Positions 50,045 to 60,826 of a DNA stretch of 64,000 nt are shown here, in pieces. Position 1 is the stretch's first letter; every line of letters starts with the position of its first letter. Origin of the DNA: Candidatus Methanoperedens sp. (GTDB lineage Archaea; Halobacteriota; Methanosarcinia; Methanosarcinales; Methanoperedenaceae). The position numbers and the translations under genes are program-made. The notes below the pieces were generated by a model that saw nothing but the letters and a program-made list of their open reading frames with translations, had not been told where the DNA came from and did no database searches. Location: assembly GCA_027460465.1 (NCBI GenBank), contig JAPZAV010000153.1:5741-69740 (forward strand), written 5' to 3'.

Positions 50045-51041
50045 ATATTTCTCCTTTATAATTGGAGATTACCGCTTTTTCTTCATCCAGGCAAATGATG
50101 TACTCGGGCGGAATTATTGGTACCTTGCCACCTCCAGGTGAATCTATGATCAAGTGTGGGACACACAGGCCTGAAGTAAACCCTTGAAGGCTCCTGAATA
50201 TCTCGAAACCTTTCTGTATACTGGTCCTGAAATGTTCCACCCCCTTCACTGGATCGCAAAAGTAGAGATAATAAGGGCGAACTCTGTTTTTTACCAGCTT
50301 TTGCATAAGTTCTTTCATTACTTCACAGTTATCGTTTACCCCATGCAGAAGAACGGTCTGGCTTCCAAGAGGAATTCCACCGTTTGCAAGAAGCATAAGT
50401 GCACGTTCACTTGATGGATTTATCTCGCTGGGATGCTCGAAATGTAAGTTGATGTACAGCGGGTGATATTTTTTGAGTATGTTCACCAGTTCGGGAGTAA
50501 TTCTCTCAGGAACGACAGAAGGTATGCGAGTGCCTATGCGGATAATCTCGACATGAGTTATAGACCGAAGCTCTCTCAGTATAATATCTATTTCGCTGTT
50601 TGTCCTCATAAGAGGGTCACCACCGCTGATGAGTACATCACGGATTTCCTGATGCTCCCTTATATAATCAGTTCCTATGAAAATCTGTTTCATAGGTATC
50701 TGTCTTTCCCTGCCCACCTTTCGCTTCCTCGTGCAGAAACGGCAGTAAATCGGGCATGTCGAGCTTATCATAATAACAGCCCTGTCCGGATAGCGATGGA
50801 CAAGACCTGCAACCTTTGTATCTCTTTCTTCTTTTAGCGGGTCTGGTGCGTTATGGACATCGCATAGCTCCTCAATGCTGGGGATGCACTGCTTCCAGAT
50901 AGGGTCATCCTTCTCCTTTATAAGTCTTAAAAAATGTTCACTAATCTTCATGGGATAAATCCGCTGGACTTGCTGTATTTCCTCCATGTCAGCGCCCATA
51001 CGTTCTAAGAAATCCAACAAATTCTCTTCGTTTTGAAACAT
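50019..51041 (-). CDS. kamA: KamA-family radical SAM enzyme (lysine 2,3-aminomutase-like, compact)
   Basis: HRYPDR, CPIYCRFCTRKR, SGGDPL, IRIGTR, QTVLLHGVND, RPYYLYFCD, DSPGGGK. Confidence 0.88.
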   Translation of the reverse strand: MFQNEENLLDFLERMGADMEEIQQVQRIYPMKISEHFLRLIKEKDDPIWKQCIPSIEELCDVHNAPDPLKEERDTKVAGLVHRYPDRAVIMISSTCPIYCRFCTRKRKVGRERQIPMKQIFIGTDYIREHQEIRDVLISGGDPLMRTNSEIDIILRELRSITHVEIIRIGTRIPSVVPERITPELVNILKKYHPLYINLHFEHPSEINPSSERALMLLANGGIPLGSQTVLLHGVNDNCEVMKELMQKLVKNRVRPYYLYFCDPVKGVEHFRTSIQKGFEIFRSLQGFTSGLCVPHLIIDSPGGGKVPIIPPEYIICLDEEKAVISNYKGEIYEYSNPKI

Positions 51042-51104
51042 ACGCCTTTACCACCGAAACTGTATAGTTTCTATCGAAAACTCTGATGAGTAAGTTGTTA
51101 AATT

Positions 51105-51150
51105 CTTTATATATTTACCATCAAGTCCACCTGTTTTCAATAGTTTTCAA
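51105..51150 (-). promoter_or_regulatory. Putative promoter of the kamA cluster: TATA box plus tandem TTGAAAAC repeats
   Basis: AAATATATAAAG about 65 nt upstream of kamA ATG; TTGAAAAC at 51133-51140 and 51143-51150. Confidence 0.45.
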
Positions 51151-51205
51151 CATGGTCAAGTTACATTACTATAAAAGTCTTACGATTTCATAATATTAAT
51201 AATAA

Positions 51206-51985
51206 TCATTTCGATCTCATCCCCTCCTTCAGCTCCCCTGCCAGTGCCTCAAGCCTCTGCTCCACCTCTTTCCCGCTCGCGATGATATCCACGAAAGCAG
51301 ACCCGACAATAACCCCTTCTGCTCCGGCGCTGATCATCTCAGCAGCCTGCCTGCGGTTTGAGATCCCGAAACCCACTGCTTTAGGCGTTTTTGTCCTGAC
51401 CCTTCTGATCAGATCGCGTGTCGAGCCAGAGATATCAGACCTGGCTCCGGTGACTCCCAGGCGCGCCATAAGATAGATGAAACCCGATCCCTGAGCCAGT
51501 ATCCTCTTCATCCTGGATTCGGTCGTGGTGGGAGCGATGAGGAAGATGAGATCCACGTCGTTTTCTTTGCATAGAACCGAAAGCTCCCCTGATTCCTCAG
51601 CAGGAAGGTCTGGAACAATGATACCTGATATTCCTGATGCAACGCAGTCTTTTACGAATTTCTCAACTCCTCTTCTGAATATAAGATTGTAGTATGTCAT
51701 GACCACAAGCGGAACATCTGTGTTCAATGCACCCACTATCCTGAAATAAACATCCGGCGTCATCCCTCCATTCAATGCCCGCTCGATTCCTGCCTGTATT
51801 GTGGGGCCGTCTGCAACAGGGTCTGAGAAAGGCAAACCCAGCTCGATGATATCCGCGCCTCCTCTTACAAGTGCTTCCACATATCTTTCTGTGGCTTGCG
51901 GTGATGGATCGCCGGCGCATATGTAAGCGATCAAAGCCCCTTCGTTTTTGTTTTTCAGTTCATTGAATTTTTCACGTATCTTCAT
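51206..51985 (-). CDS. trpA: Tryptophan synthase alpha chain
   Basis: [42 protein letters not shown]. Confidence 0.97.
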   Translation of the reverse strand: MKIREKFNELKNKNEGALIAYICAGDPSPQATERYVEALVRGGADIIELGLPFSDPVADGPTIQAGIERALNGGMTPDVYFRIVGALNTDVPLVVMTYYNLIFRRGVEKFVKDCVASGISGIIVPDLPAEESGELSVLCKENDVDLIFLIAPTTTESRMKRILAQGSGFIYLMARLGVTGARSDISGSTRDLIRRVRTKTPKAVGFGISNRRQAAEMISAGAEGVIVGSAFVDIIASGKEVEQRLEALAGELKEGMRSK

Positions 51986-53169
51986 TGTTTCACGCCCAGC
52001 ACTGTCTCAAGATCTTTATCTCCTCTTCCTGAGATGTTTATTACAGTGACATCACCCAGCTCTCCTGAAGCTGCAGCTTTCTTCACATAGGCTATTGCAT
52101 GCGATGATTCAAGCGCAGGGATTATGCCTTCGAACCTGCACAGGTCATGGAACGCTTCCAGGGCTTCGCTGTCAAGTGAATAGCATGGCATGATCCTCCC
52201 GATATCAGCCAGATATGCAAGCTCTGGACCCACACCTGCATAATCAAGACCTGCGGCTATTGAACTTGATTCAAGTATCTGCCCGTATTTGTTCTGCAGC
52301 ACTTTTGTGCGTGCACCATGAAGCACGCCTTCTTGGCCTGCGCAGAGCGATGCTGAATGCAGCGCCTCTTTTTCCGTGGTTTTCAAGCCGTTTCCGCCTG
52401 CTTCTACTGAAAAAAGATCAACATCCTCCTCCAGGAAAGGATAAAAAATGCCCATTGCATTGCTTCCTCCTCCTGTGCATGCCACTATGGAATCAGGGAG
52501 TCTTCCTTCCCTCTCCATCATCTGCGTTCTCGTTTCCTTTCCTATGACACTCTGGAAATCGCGCACCATTGCTGGATATGGATGCGGACCAACAACAGAG
52601 CCCAGCATATAATGCGTGGTCTCGACATTTGTAACCCAGTCGCGCATGGCTTCGTTGATGGCATCTTTCAATGTCTGGGATCCACTTTTTACAGGGATTA
52701 CTTTTGCCCCCATCAGTTCCATCCGGTAAACGTTCATGCGCTGTCGGACTGTATCCTTTGCGCCCATATAGACCTCTGTCCTGATCCCGAAAGCAGCTCC
52801 TGCCATCGCGCACGCCGTGCCGTGCTGTCCTGCTCCTGTTTCTGCGATGATCCTTTCTTTCCCCATGTACTTTGTCAGGAGCGCCTGTCCGAGTGTATTA
52901 TTCAATTTATGCGCTCCGCCGTGGATCAGATCCTCGCGTTTAAGATATATCTTAATACCGTATTCTTTGCTAAGCCTTTTTGCATGATATAGAGCGGAAG
53001 GGCGTCCTGCAAAGTCCCTGAGATAATAATTCAGCTCCTCATTGAAAGCTGGATCGTCTTTATGCTTTTCATACTGTTCTGTAAGCTCTTCAAGGGCAGG
53101 CATCAGCACCTCAGGTACGAACTGCCCACCATATTTGCCAAATTTTGTTGATCTAGATTCCTGCTTCAT
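51982..53169 (-). CDS. trpB: Tryptophan synthase beta chain
   Basis: [44 protein letters not shown]. Confidence 0.97.
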   Translation of the reverse strand: MKQESRSTKFGKYGGQFVPEVLMPALEELTEQYEKHKDDPAFNEELNYYLRDFAGRPSALYHAKRLSKEYGIKIYLKREDLIHGGAHKLNNTLGQALLTKYMGKERIIAETGAGQHGTACAMAGAAFGIRTEVYMGAKDTVRQRMNVYRMELMGAKVIPVKSGSQTLKDAINEAMRDWVTNVETTHYMLGSVVGPHPYPAMVRDFQSVIGKETRTQMMEREGRLPDSIVACTGGGSNAMGIFYPFLEEDVDLFSVEAGGNGLKTTEKEALHSASLCAGQEGVLHGARTKVLQNKYGQILESSSIAAGLDYAGVGPELAYLADIGRIMPCYSLDSEALEAFHDLCRFEGIIPALESSHAIAYVKKAAASGELGDVTVINISGRGDKDLETVLGVKQ

Positions 53170-53937
53170 ATTTCTGCATCCTTTTGCAACGCATGTACTA
53201 ACTCGTAGGTCTTTTCGTAAACATTTCCCTGCATGATGGATGTTCCCACAAGGATCGCATCTGCACCAGCTTCTATCATGCGGAGCGCATCCCCGGTGCC
53301 TGATATCCCACTTTCGCTCACAATTATCCTGCCGCTGATAAGCGGTGCAAGCTTTTCAGTGGTGGATATATCAACCTTCATGGTTGTCAGATCTCTGTTA
53401 TTGATCCCTATTATGCTGGTGCGTGTGGAAAGTGCATCCTCAAGTTCTTTTCTGTCATGGACTTCAACCAGGGGTTCTCGACCGCTGAAAACTGCCTCAT
53501 CAACGAATTCATCGAGCCTATCGCCGAGAATCCCTGCGATCAGCAGGATGATATCACTCTGTTCCTCATAAATCTGAGCTTTATCTATGATGAAATCTTT
53601 TCGCAGCACAGGAAGCTTCACTGCCTGCCTGACGGATTTCAGATTCTCGATGCTTCCCTTGAAATATTGCGGCTCTGTAAGCACGGATATAGCAGCAGCT
53701 CCACCTGCTTCCATCTGTCCTGAGATCACTGCTGCATCTTCCGGAGTTACAGTCCTTATATATCTGGATGGAGATGAGGGCTTGACTTCCGCTATCACGG
53801 GGACAAGTTTTTCCTGTTTTCTTTGCTTTATGATCTCTTTGAAATTTCGGAAAGTCAATAATCCTATTTCCAAATTTTCAGAGGAAGGAATTCTCTTTTT
53901 TGTTGATTCCAGTATCTCGTTTATTATCTGGTGCATG
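53166..53937 (-). CDS. trpC: Indole-3-glycerol phosphate synthase (start approximate)
   Basis: [45 protein letters not shown]. Confidence 0.94.
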
Positions 53938-54061
53938 ATCCTGTATATTGTACATTTAAGTACATTGATGTACAATTATGTTCATTGTATATAAGGATTA
54001 TGGAATCCTCTGCAGATCTCTTTATGCTCGCAGTATCTGCACTTCCCTTTTAGATCATATA

Positions 54062-55402
54062 TCATGTCAGCCTGCATTTTTTACTCAGACGTTCCAGGAA
54101 TTCCTTGATCGTTTCTATCACCAGCTCCATCTGCAGCCTTGGCTCAAAGAAGTTCCAGAAAATATTTTCATAGGATTCATGACCTGTGAACATGTTCCAT
54201 TGAATTTCATCAAGATGCCTGTGCCCCCTTCGCTCGTCTTTTCTTGCAATGTCCATATGAGCCATTGATAACACTTCATGAGAAGAGATTATGTTATTTA
54301 GCCTGAAGAGCATCCTGCCGTAAAGGTTTTCTGTAATGAACATTTTCTTGCACAGAGGATAGTAATATTTCTTGAAAGATTCCTTTGAAATCCCGTGATC
54401 GAAGACAGATTTGACGGCAATCTGCACAGAGTTAAAGGCAGACTCCAGCCCGTTCTTGTAATACCTTGAGTATCCAGCATCTCCGATTATGAGAATGCGA
54501 TCTGCAAAAGGATTTTTTGCATTCGTAACAGGGATCTGCGTGCAGCAGCGGCAGCAGATTTTTGGGTTCTCAGGCAGCATCTTTGCAATCAGCGGCCCGG
54601 ATAAAAAATCGCGAAGATTTTCTGGCTTGACATCATTGCCAACCATGCCGATCGTTAAAAACCTTTTCTTGGGGATCATTATCCCATAATCAATACCCGG
54701 CAGTCCGAAAGAGTATATGTAGATCGTGTTTTGAATGAATTTCTCTATATGCTGTTCTCCACAATCGATTTCTATGAGGCATGCCTTTGTGGTCTCAGGA
54801 GGCAGGTAACCCACCTCCATGAATTTCTTCATTATCGGGTTTCTTACTCCAAACGCCCCCACCAGCAGATCCACGTTATGAAAACCCTGACCGTATCCTA
54901 TTGTGATTTTATCTTCCCTGTCCTTCGGAAAGATCACTTCCCTGACAGACTCCTGTACTAACCTTGCCCCTGATTTTATGGCTTGATCCAGTAAAAAGCC
55001 GTCAAAACCTCCATCCAGAGGTGAGCAATAGGGCCCGTTTCCGCGAAACATTGTCACGATATTGTCTAACCTGGTTTTCTTTTTCACGTGTAGATCGCCG
55101 CCTTTTGCAACGAAACAATAGCTATCTATGGTCTGCATGGTCAATTCTTCAGGCAGCATTATACCATTCTGTTTCAGCTTTTTGCTGAGCCGCTCGTTGA
55201 TCACACCAACACAGCCTTTACACCCCTTCGGGCCGGCTTCGGAGAACTGCCTGTTGTTGTAAATGGTCACATTAACATCAATTCCTTTCCTGCTTGCATA
55301 CTCACACGCAAATTTGGCAAACAGGCTTCCGGAAGGTCCTCCGCCTATGATTGCGATTTCCGAGCCGCTGGTGATATAAAGCCCTTTTTTGTATTTTGAC
55401 AT
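54062..55402 (-). CDS. FAD-dependent oxidoreductase (geranylgeranyl-reductase-like fold)
   Basis: IAIIGGGPSG Rossmann motif, FDGFLLDQAIKSGA, IIGDAG. Confidence 0.75.
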   Translation of the reverse strand: MSKYKKGLYITSGSEIAIIGGGPSGSLFAKFACEYASRKGIDVNVTIYNNRQFSEAGPKGCKGCVGVINERLSKKLKQNGIMLPEELTMQTIDSYCFVAKGGDLHVKKKTRLDNIVTMFRGNGPYCSPLDGGFDGFLLDQAIKSGARLVQESVREVIFPKDREDKITIGYGQGFHNVDLLVGAFGVRNPIMKKFMEVGYLPPETTKACLIEIDCGEQHIEKFIQNTIYIYSFGLPGIDYGIMIPKKRFLTIGMVGNDVKPENLRDFLSGPLIAKMLPENPKICCRCCTQIPVTNAKNPFADRILIIGDAGYSRYYKNGLESAFNSVQIAVKSVFDHGISKESFKKYYYPLCKKMFITENLYGRMLFRLNNIISSHEVLSMAHMDIARKDERRGHRHLDEIQWNMFTGHESYENIFWNFFEPRLQMELVIETIKEFLERLSKKCRLT

Positions 55403-55561
55403 GTTATGATAGCTAATTATCCTGAAACAAAATATAGTATAGACCTGATGTCCAGCGATGTGAGTGTTCAGGTAAATTTTATAAGGTATCAGATATCAGT
55501 TCTAACATAAGGACATACCATTGCTCAAATCTTGAACTGATATTGGAGGAGGTGATGAAAT

Positions 55562-55795
55562 ATGAATCAAGTTGAGGATCAAGAAACTCCGCCCGGAGTG
55601 GCATCAAGGGTCATTGTTTCCATAATCGTTTTCTTTGGCCTGCTGATCTTTTCGATAATCTACGTGGCATTTTTCGCATCATCGTTCAGTCTTTTTCAGC
55701 AGATTGCAGTTATTCTGGTCGCCTTACTTGTCGGGATAGTGATACTCGGGGTGATGTGGACTTCCTGGAGCATTAATTTAATAAAAAAATCGTAG
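55562..55795 (+). CDS. Small two-TM membrane protein
   Basis: GGAGGAGGTGA RBS; two hydrophobic helices. Confidence 0.75.
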   Translation: MNQVEDQETPPGVASRVIVSIIVFFGLLIFSIIYVAFFASSFSLFQQIAVILVALLVGIVILGVMWTSWSINLIKKS

Positions 55796-55809
55796 TTTAG
55801 AGGATAAAT

Positions 55810-56466
55810 ATGTTCATAGGTCATTTCGGAGTTGGATTTGGAGCTAAAGCTGCAGCGCCAGGAGCGTCGCTCGGTACGATGTTCCTGGCTTCTCAGTTCA
55901 TCGACATTTTGTGGCCCACGTTACTTCTTCTCAATGCGGAACGGGTAAATATCGTGCCAGGGATCACGAAGGTCACACCACTCGATTTCATCTATTACCC
56001 TATATCACACAGTCTCCTTGCTGTTCTGGGCTGGGCGCTGCTATTTGCCGCAGTCTATCACTTTCTCAGGCGCTATCCACGAGGGACAGTTGTTCTGGGA
56101 TCAGCCGTTGTCAGCCACTGGGTTCTCGACGCCATTGTTCACCGTCCCGACCTTCCTTTATATCCAGGCAGCCAGTATCTTATCGGCTTCGGGCTGTGGT
56201 CATCTCTCCTGGGGACAGTAGTGGTCGAGCTCCTGATTTTCGGCATCGGTGTGGGATTGTATCTCAGAACGACCGGACCTGCTGATAGTACTGGCGTCTG
56301 GGCGCTCCGGGTGCTTGTGGTCTTTTTACTCGTGATATACCTGGGAAACCTGTTCGGGCCACCGCCTCCTGACGTCACAGCAATTGCATGGACGGGACAG
56401 GCACAGTGGCTTCTGATCCTCTGGGGCTACTGGATAGACAGGCATCGCGTTGCAGTACAAAGATAA
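55810..56466 (+). CDS. Membrane-bound metal-dependent hydrolase family protein
   Basis: MFIGHF, IDILWP, YPISHSL, SHWVLDAIVHRPDLP. Confidence 0.8.
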   Translation: MFIGHFGVGFGAKAAAPGASLGTMFLASQFIDILWPTLLLLNAERVNIVPGITKVTPLDFIYYPISHSLLAVLGWALLFAAVYHFLRRYPRGTVVLGSAVVSHWVLDAIVHRPDLPLYPGSQYLIGFGLWSSLLGTVVVELLIFGIGVGLYLRTTGPADSTGVWALRVLVVFLLVIYLGNLFGPPPPDVTAIAWTGQAQWLLILWGYWIDRHRVAVQR

Positions 56467-56526
56467 TCGACATCAGTACATACTCATGGAGAAAGTATAA
56501 TAATCAATGGAATAATCCTTAAGTCA

Positions 56527-58260
56527 ATGGCCAAGGATTCGATAGGCGTAATATTCGGGAAAACCGGATCCCTGAATTTCAGGTTCGCAGTTTCAGACAG
56601 CGCATCCACCAAACGGTCGGATTATGTCAAGGTGTGGCATGAATCTGACGGCTGGACGCTTGCTCAGATCAACTCGATCACCCGTTCAAGCGAAGATTTC
56701 TCTGTCGAAGAAGCTGTGGATGTGGCTGAGGGATCTGTCAAAGTGGGAGATCTGAACGAACAGATCATTGCAGAAGCCAATGTCATAGGCGTGAGAGAAA
56801 AAAATGGAGCGCTGCGCGTCCCGAAATCACCATTCAGCCCGGGAGATAAAGTCTTCAAGGCAGATGAGGTTCTCATAAAACAGACGCTTGGACTGATGCG
56901 CGGGGATGTTTACATAGGGCTTCTGGAAGGACAGAACATCCATGTTAATCTTGATGCAAACAACCTTGTGCAGAAGCACTGCAGCATCCTTGCCAAGACC
57001 GGAGCAGGAAAATCATACTCATCGGGTGTCATCCTTGAGGAACTCCTCGAAAAAGGCGTTCCGCTCCTTATCATAGACCCGCACGGTGAGTACGCCACGC
57101 TAAAGTTCCCGAACGATGACAGAACTGCGAACTTTGAACGGTACGACATCACTCCTAAAGGTTATGCTTCCCAGATCACGGTCTATACGCCTGCGAACAA
57201 GGTGCTCAACCCTACTGCGGACAGTCTTTTCAGGATGAACGGGATCAACCTCGGGATAAAGGATTTTGCACAGTTTTTTTCAGAAGAGCGGTCTCAGAAC
57301 GAGACAGGGATACTGTTCGAAGCGGTCTCAAAGCTCAAATCTGAAAAATCAACATATACAATTAACGATATCATTTTTGAAGTAGGGCAGAACAAGAGCA
57401 AAGTGAAATGGAACGTCATCAACAAGCTTGAGGCGCTGAAGGAAACCGGGATATTATCTGATAAAGCCACTGGCATAAACGAACTGATCAGGGAAGGAAG
57501 GGCATCTATTATTGATATGAAAGGCGTGAATCCAGACCTTCAGGCAATGATAGTGGCCAAACTGTGCAGCGATCTTTTTGAAGCGCGAAAGCTCAACACA
57601 GTCCCGCCTCTCATGCTCGTGATTGAAGAGGCTCATAATTTCTGTCCAGAAAAAGGGTTCGGTGGTACGGTGAGCTCTGACATTCTCAGAACAATAGCCT
57701 CTGAGGGCAGGAAATTCGGGCTCGGTCTGATGGTGATTTCACAGCGTCCGGCACGGGTTGATAAGAATATCCTCTCGCAGTGCAATACCCAGATCATCAT
57801 GAAAGTGACAAATCCGAATGATCTTCTTGCGATCAGTAAAGGTCTTGAAGGTATCAGCTCCGAAGTGGTGGACGATATCAAGAGGATCACTCCCGGGGTT
57901 GCCATGATCGTCAGCACCTATATCGAGCGCCCAATACTTGTGGATATCAGGACAAGAAAAAGCAAGCACGGTGGAGCGAGCGTACCCGTTGTAAAAGCAC
58001 CCATTTCCGAGGCGTCAAAATCAAACGATACCTCCGGGGCATTGAGTGATTTATCCAGGGCGATCACTGAAACGCCGAAGACCATCATGGAGGCGCCCAG
58101 AACAATCCTGGACAGAGCTAAAACGATCATTGAAATGGAAAAAAAGGAACCTCTGCAGCAGCAGGAGGTCGAGGAGCCGATCAAAGAAGAAAAGAAAAGA
58201 TCGAAAGAAAAAAACGGTGTGAGTCTTTATAAGAAAATGTTCGGCTCGAGGAAGAAATGA
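56527..58260 (+). CDS. HerA/FtsK-superfamily (DUF87) ATPase with N-terminal beta-barrel
   Basis: [41 protein letters not shown]. Confidence 0.9.
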   Translation: MAKDSIGVIFGKTGSLNFRFAVSDSASTKRSDYVKVWHESDGWTLAQINSITRSSEDFSVEEAVDVAEGSVKVGDLNEQIIAEANVIGVREKNGALRVPKSPFSPGDKVFKADEVLIKQTLGLMRGDVYIGLLEGQNIHVNLDANNLVQKHCSILAKTGAGKSYSSGVILEELLEKGVPLLIIDPHGEYATLKFPNDDRTANFERYDITPKGYASQITVYTPANKVLNPTADSLFRMNGINLGIKDFAQFFSEERSQNETGILFEAVSKLKSEKSTYTINDIIFEVGQNKSKVKWNVINKLEALKETGILSDKATGINELIREGRASIIDMKGVNPDLQAMIVAKLCSDLFEARKLNTVPPLMLVIEEAHNFCPEKGFGGTVSSDILRTIASEGRKFGLGLMVISQRPARVDKNILSQCNTQIIMKVTNPNDLLAISKGLEGISSEVVDDIKRITPGVAMIVSTYIERPILVDIRTRKSKHGGASVPVVKAPISEASKSNDTSGALSDLSRAITETPKTIMEAPRTILDRAKTIIEMEKKEPLQQQEVEEPIKEEKKRSKEKNGVSLYKKMFGSRKK

Positions 58261-59522
58261 CAACGCTGAAGGAAAAGGCAAATTCGGGCATTGTTACAGC
58301 TGAGATAAAAAAGGTTGCTTCAAAAGAAGGGGTCAACGCAGAGACCGTACGGAAGTTACTTTCTGAGGGAGCGATTGTCATCCCGAAAAACATCAACAGC
58401 AGGTCCGAATCTATCGGGATCGGAAGGATGATGCGAACCAAGATCAATGCCAACGTGGGAACATCAAAGGACTATGTTGATATCGAGACCGAAATACAAA
58501 AAGCGGTCACAGCGGAACGATACGGCGCAGATACGATCATGGATCTATCCACAGGGGGCGACCTTGATCAGGTACGCAGACGAATTATGGAAGCGGTGAA
58601 GGTTCCTGTTGGCTCTGTCCCGATCTATCAGGCAGCAGGAAACGGCGTGGCGAATATGACGTCTGATGACATGTTCAATGCCGTAAGAAAGCATGCGGAA
58701 GATGGAATAGATTTTGTTACCATACATGCAGGCGTGAACCATGAGTCCTTCAGGCGCCTGAAGAACAGCGACAGGATACTCGATGTGGTGAGCAGAGGGG
58801 GCGCTTTCACACTTGCGTGGATGAAGCATAACTATGAGGAGAACCCGTTCTATTCAGAGTTTGACTATCTGCTCGAGATCGCAAGAGAGTACGATCTGAC
58901 CCTGAGCCTTGGCGACGGGATGCGCCCCGGCTGTATAAACGATGCCTCGGACAGAGCCAAGTTCGAGGAATTCATCCAGCTCGGGGAGCTCGTGAAAAGA
59001 GCGCGTGCAAAAGGTGTTCAGACCATTGTCGAAGGGCCGGGGCACGTGCCTCTGGACGAAGTGGGATTATCTGTGACAGCAATGAAGCATCTCACAGAGA
59101 ATGCACCGATTTACCTTCTCGGACCGCTTGTTACAGATATTGCGCCTGGATATGACCACATCACAGCAGCCATCGGCGGCGCTGTTGCAGGGATGTATGG
59201 CGCTGATTTCCTGTGCATGACAACCCCTTCCGAGCATCTCGCGCTCCCTGATGTGGAGGATATTAAAGAAGGAACCATCGTTACCCGCATTGCAGCTCAT
59301 GCAGCAGACCTTTCCAAAGAGGGAGTAAAAGAGAGGGCGCGAGCCTATGACCGCGAGATGGCGCTGGCGCGTAAGGAACTTGATTGGAACAGGCAGTTCA
59401 ACCTCGCCATAGACAGCGAGAAAGCCCGCAGGATACATGCCAGGAGCAGAAATGTTGAGACCTGCAGCATGTGCGGAGAGCTCTGCTCTATTAAAATGAT
59501 GCGGGATGTGATGAAGAAATGA
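58257..59522 (+). CDS. thiC: Phosphomethylpyrimidine synthase family (ThiC/Bza-type radical SAM)
   Basis: [49 protein letters not shown]. Confidence 0.9.
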   Translation: MTTLKEKANSGIVTAEIKKVASKEGVNAETVRKLLSEGAIVIPKNINSRSESIGIGRMMRTKINANVGTSKDYVDIETEIQKAVTAERYGADTIMDLSTGGDLDQVRRRIMEAVKVPVGSVPIYQAAGNGVANMTSDDMFNAVRKHAEDGIDFVTIHAGVNHESFRRLKNSDRILDVVSRGGAFTLAWMKHNYEENPFYSEFDYLLEIAREYDLTLSLGDGMRPGCINDASDRAKFEEFIQLGELVKRARAKGVQTIVEGPGHVPLDEVGLSVTAMKHLTENAPIYLLGPLVTDIAPGYDHITAAIGGAVAGMYGADFLCMTTPSEHLALPDVEDIKEGTIVTRIAAHAADLSKEGVKERARAYDREMALARKELDWNRQFNLAIDSEKARRIHARSRNVETCSMCGELCSIKMMRDVMKK

Positions 59523-59932
59523 ATGCCGAAGAGATAATCCGGTTATTGAACGATGATTTTGTGCATGAAATAGAAGCCACGATGGTCTATGTGAGGAACG
59601 CTTTTGTCATGACTGAGTGCGACCCGAGCAGGGTCACGGAAGCGATCGGTGTTGACGAGATGAGGCACATGAACTGGCTTGCCGACCTGATCGTGAAAAG
59701 AGGAGGAAAGCCGAGCATGGAGCACCATACGCTTGATTTCGGGGGTGATGATCTTCGAGGACAGCTGCAGATGCAGGTCGCGCTTGAAACAGAAGCCGTC
59801 GAGAGGTATAAAAAGCATATCGAGATGGTGGGAGATGCTGATAAGGAAGTCGTTGGCGTTCTGAGGCATATCCTTGATGAAGAGAAGCGGCACAGGAAAG
59901 AATTCAGGATGAGACTTGAAAAGGTTATATAA
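59519..59932 (+). CDS. Ferritin-like (rubrerythrin/bacterioferritin fold) protein
   Basis: HEIEA, DEMRH, LETEA, EEKRH diiron ExxH motifs. Confidence 0.85.
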   Translation: MNAEEIIRLLNDDFVHEIEATMVYVRNAFVMTECDPSRVTEAIGVDEMRHMNWLADLIVKRGGKPSMEHHTLDFGGDDLRGQLQMQVALETEAVERYKKHIEMVGDADKEVVGVLRHILDEEKRHRKEFRMRLEKVI

Positions 59933-60102
59933 TTTTTGAGCAATTTTAATCAGAGCTGCAAAATCGCCAGCCCTGGCTATAAAAGACTTTCAAAGTCTCT
60001 GAAAATATCTCATGATCATTATGATTCAATAATCATTTTTTCAGTAAACAATATATATATCTTGTTAGAAATATACTGCGTAATACTAAAGGTGATGGTA
60101 TA

Positions 60103-60465
60103 ATGAATGGACTTGATTTCATTGAAACATTTATAGAAATATATAATGCCGGAGCAGCGTTTATTTTGATTTTCCTGATCGGCCAAATAATCCTCATGAT
60201 GCGCAAGGTGGATAAGGATCTGCTGAAGGCAAGATTATTTCTCAATGAAGTCGTGATGCAGAGAACATGGATTTATATCTCCATCGCTGGAGCAGCATTT
60301 GCCCTTAATACCCTTATAAAGATTATGATCAGGTTCACAACAACCGGAGAAATGCTCAGCGGCTTTTTCCTGATCGAACTTTCCCAGTTCATTTTTCTGG
60401 TTGCTTTCATCCTGGCAGTTTATAACTGGTACGTATTCATAGGTAGTTTTGTCAACAGGAGGTAA
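60103..60465 (+). CDS. Hypothetical membrane protein
   Basis: Three hydrophobic helices; GGTGA RBS. Confidence 0.75.
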   Translation: MNGLDFIETFIEIYNAGAAFILIFLIGQIILMMRKVDKDLLKARLFLNEVVMQRTWIYISIAGAAFALNTLIKIMIRFTTTGEMLSGFFLIELSQFIFLVAFILAVYNWYVFIGSFVNRR

Positions 60466-60472
60466 TTTTCAT

Positions 60473-60826
60473 TCATTTCTCAAGGCAATAGGTGCAGGAA
60501 CCATTTTTCTGCAGATGCTCCCTGCATAGCCATCCAGAAGCCTGGATATCCCTGCACACAGCGCAGAGATTGCTCACTGCTTCATTCGGTGCAAGTTCTT
60601 CCACAAGGCTCTCTGCAAGCTCCTGTATCCTTTCCTCTATATCCTGTGAAAAAGTGATCTCTTTTCCTCGCTTGGCGCTCACATACTGGGAAACTGCAGC
60701 TTTGGATAATCCAAGTTTACTGGCTACCTGCTGCTGCGGGAGTCCTTCATCGATCAGAATCCTTGCCAACTCGGCCCGGATTGCTGGAAGGATCTTTTGA
60801 ACCACGATCTCGCAGGGTGGTCTCAT
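60473..60826 (-). CDS. HTH transcriptional regulator with C-terminal Cys cluster
   Basis: MRPPCE...LPAIRAELAR...QQQVASKLGLSKAAVSQY; C..C and C..C at end. Confidence 0.88.
   Translation of the reverse strand: MRPPCEIVVQKILPAIRAELARILIDEGLPQQQVASKLGLSKAAVSQYVSAKRGKEITFSQDIEERIQELAESLVEELAPNEAVSNLCAVCRDIQASGWLCREHLQKNGSCTYCLEK

Noticed and set aside
46296-51041. Interpretation as pyrrolysine (pylBCD) genes, the ablAB osmolyte operon or cell-wall Ddl
   Set aside because: The radical SAM is KamA-type with a PLP lysine, not BioB-like PylB; no pylD/pylS/pylT; no stand-alone AblB; no peptidoglycan genes in context.
22266-53975. Split of trp genes into trpDFEG and trpCBA
   Set aside because: The same split is known in other euryarchaea, so it is not unusual.
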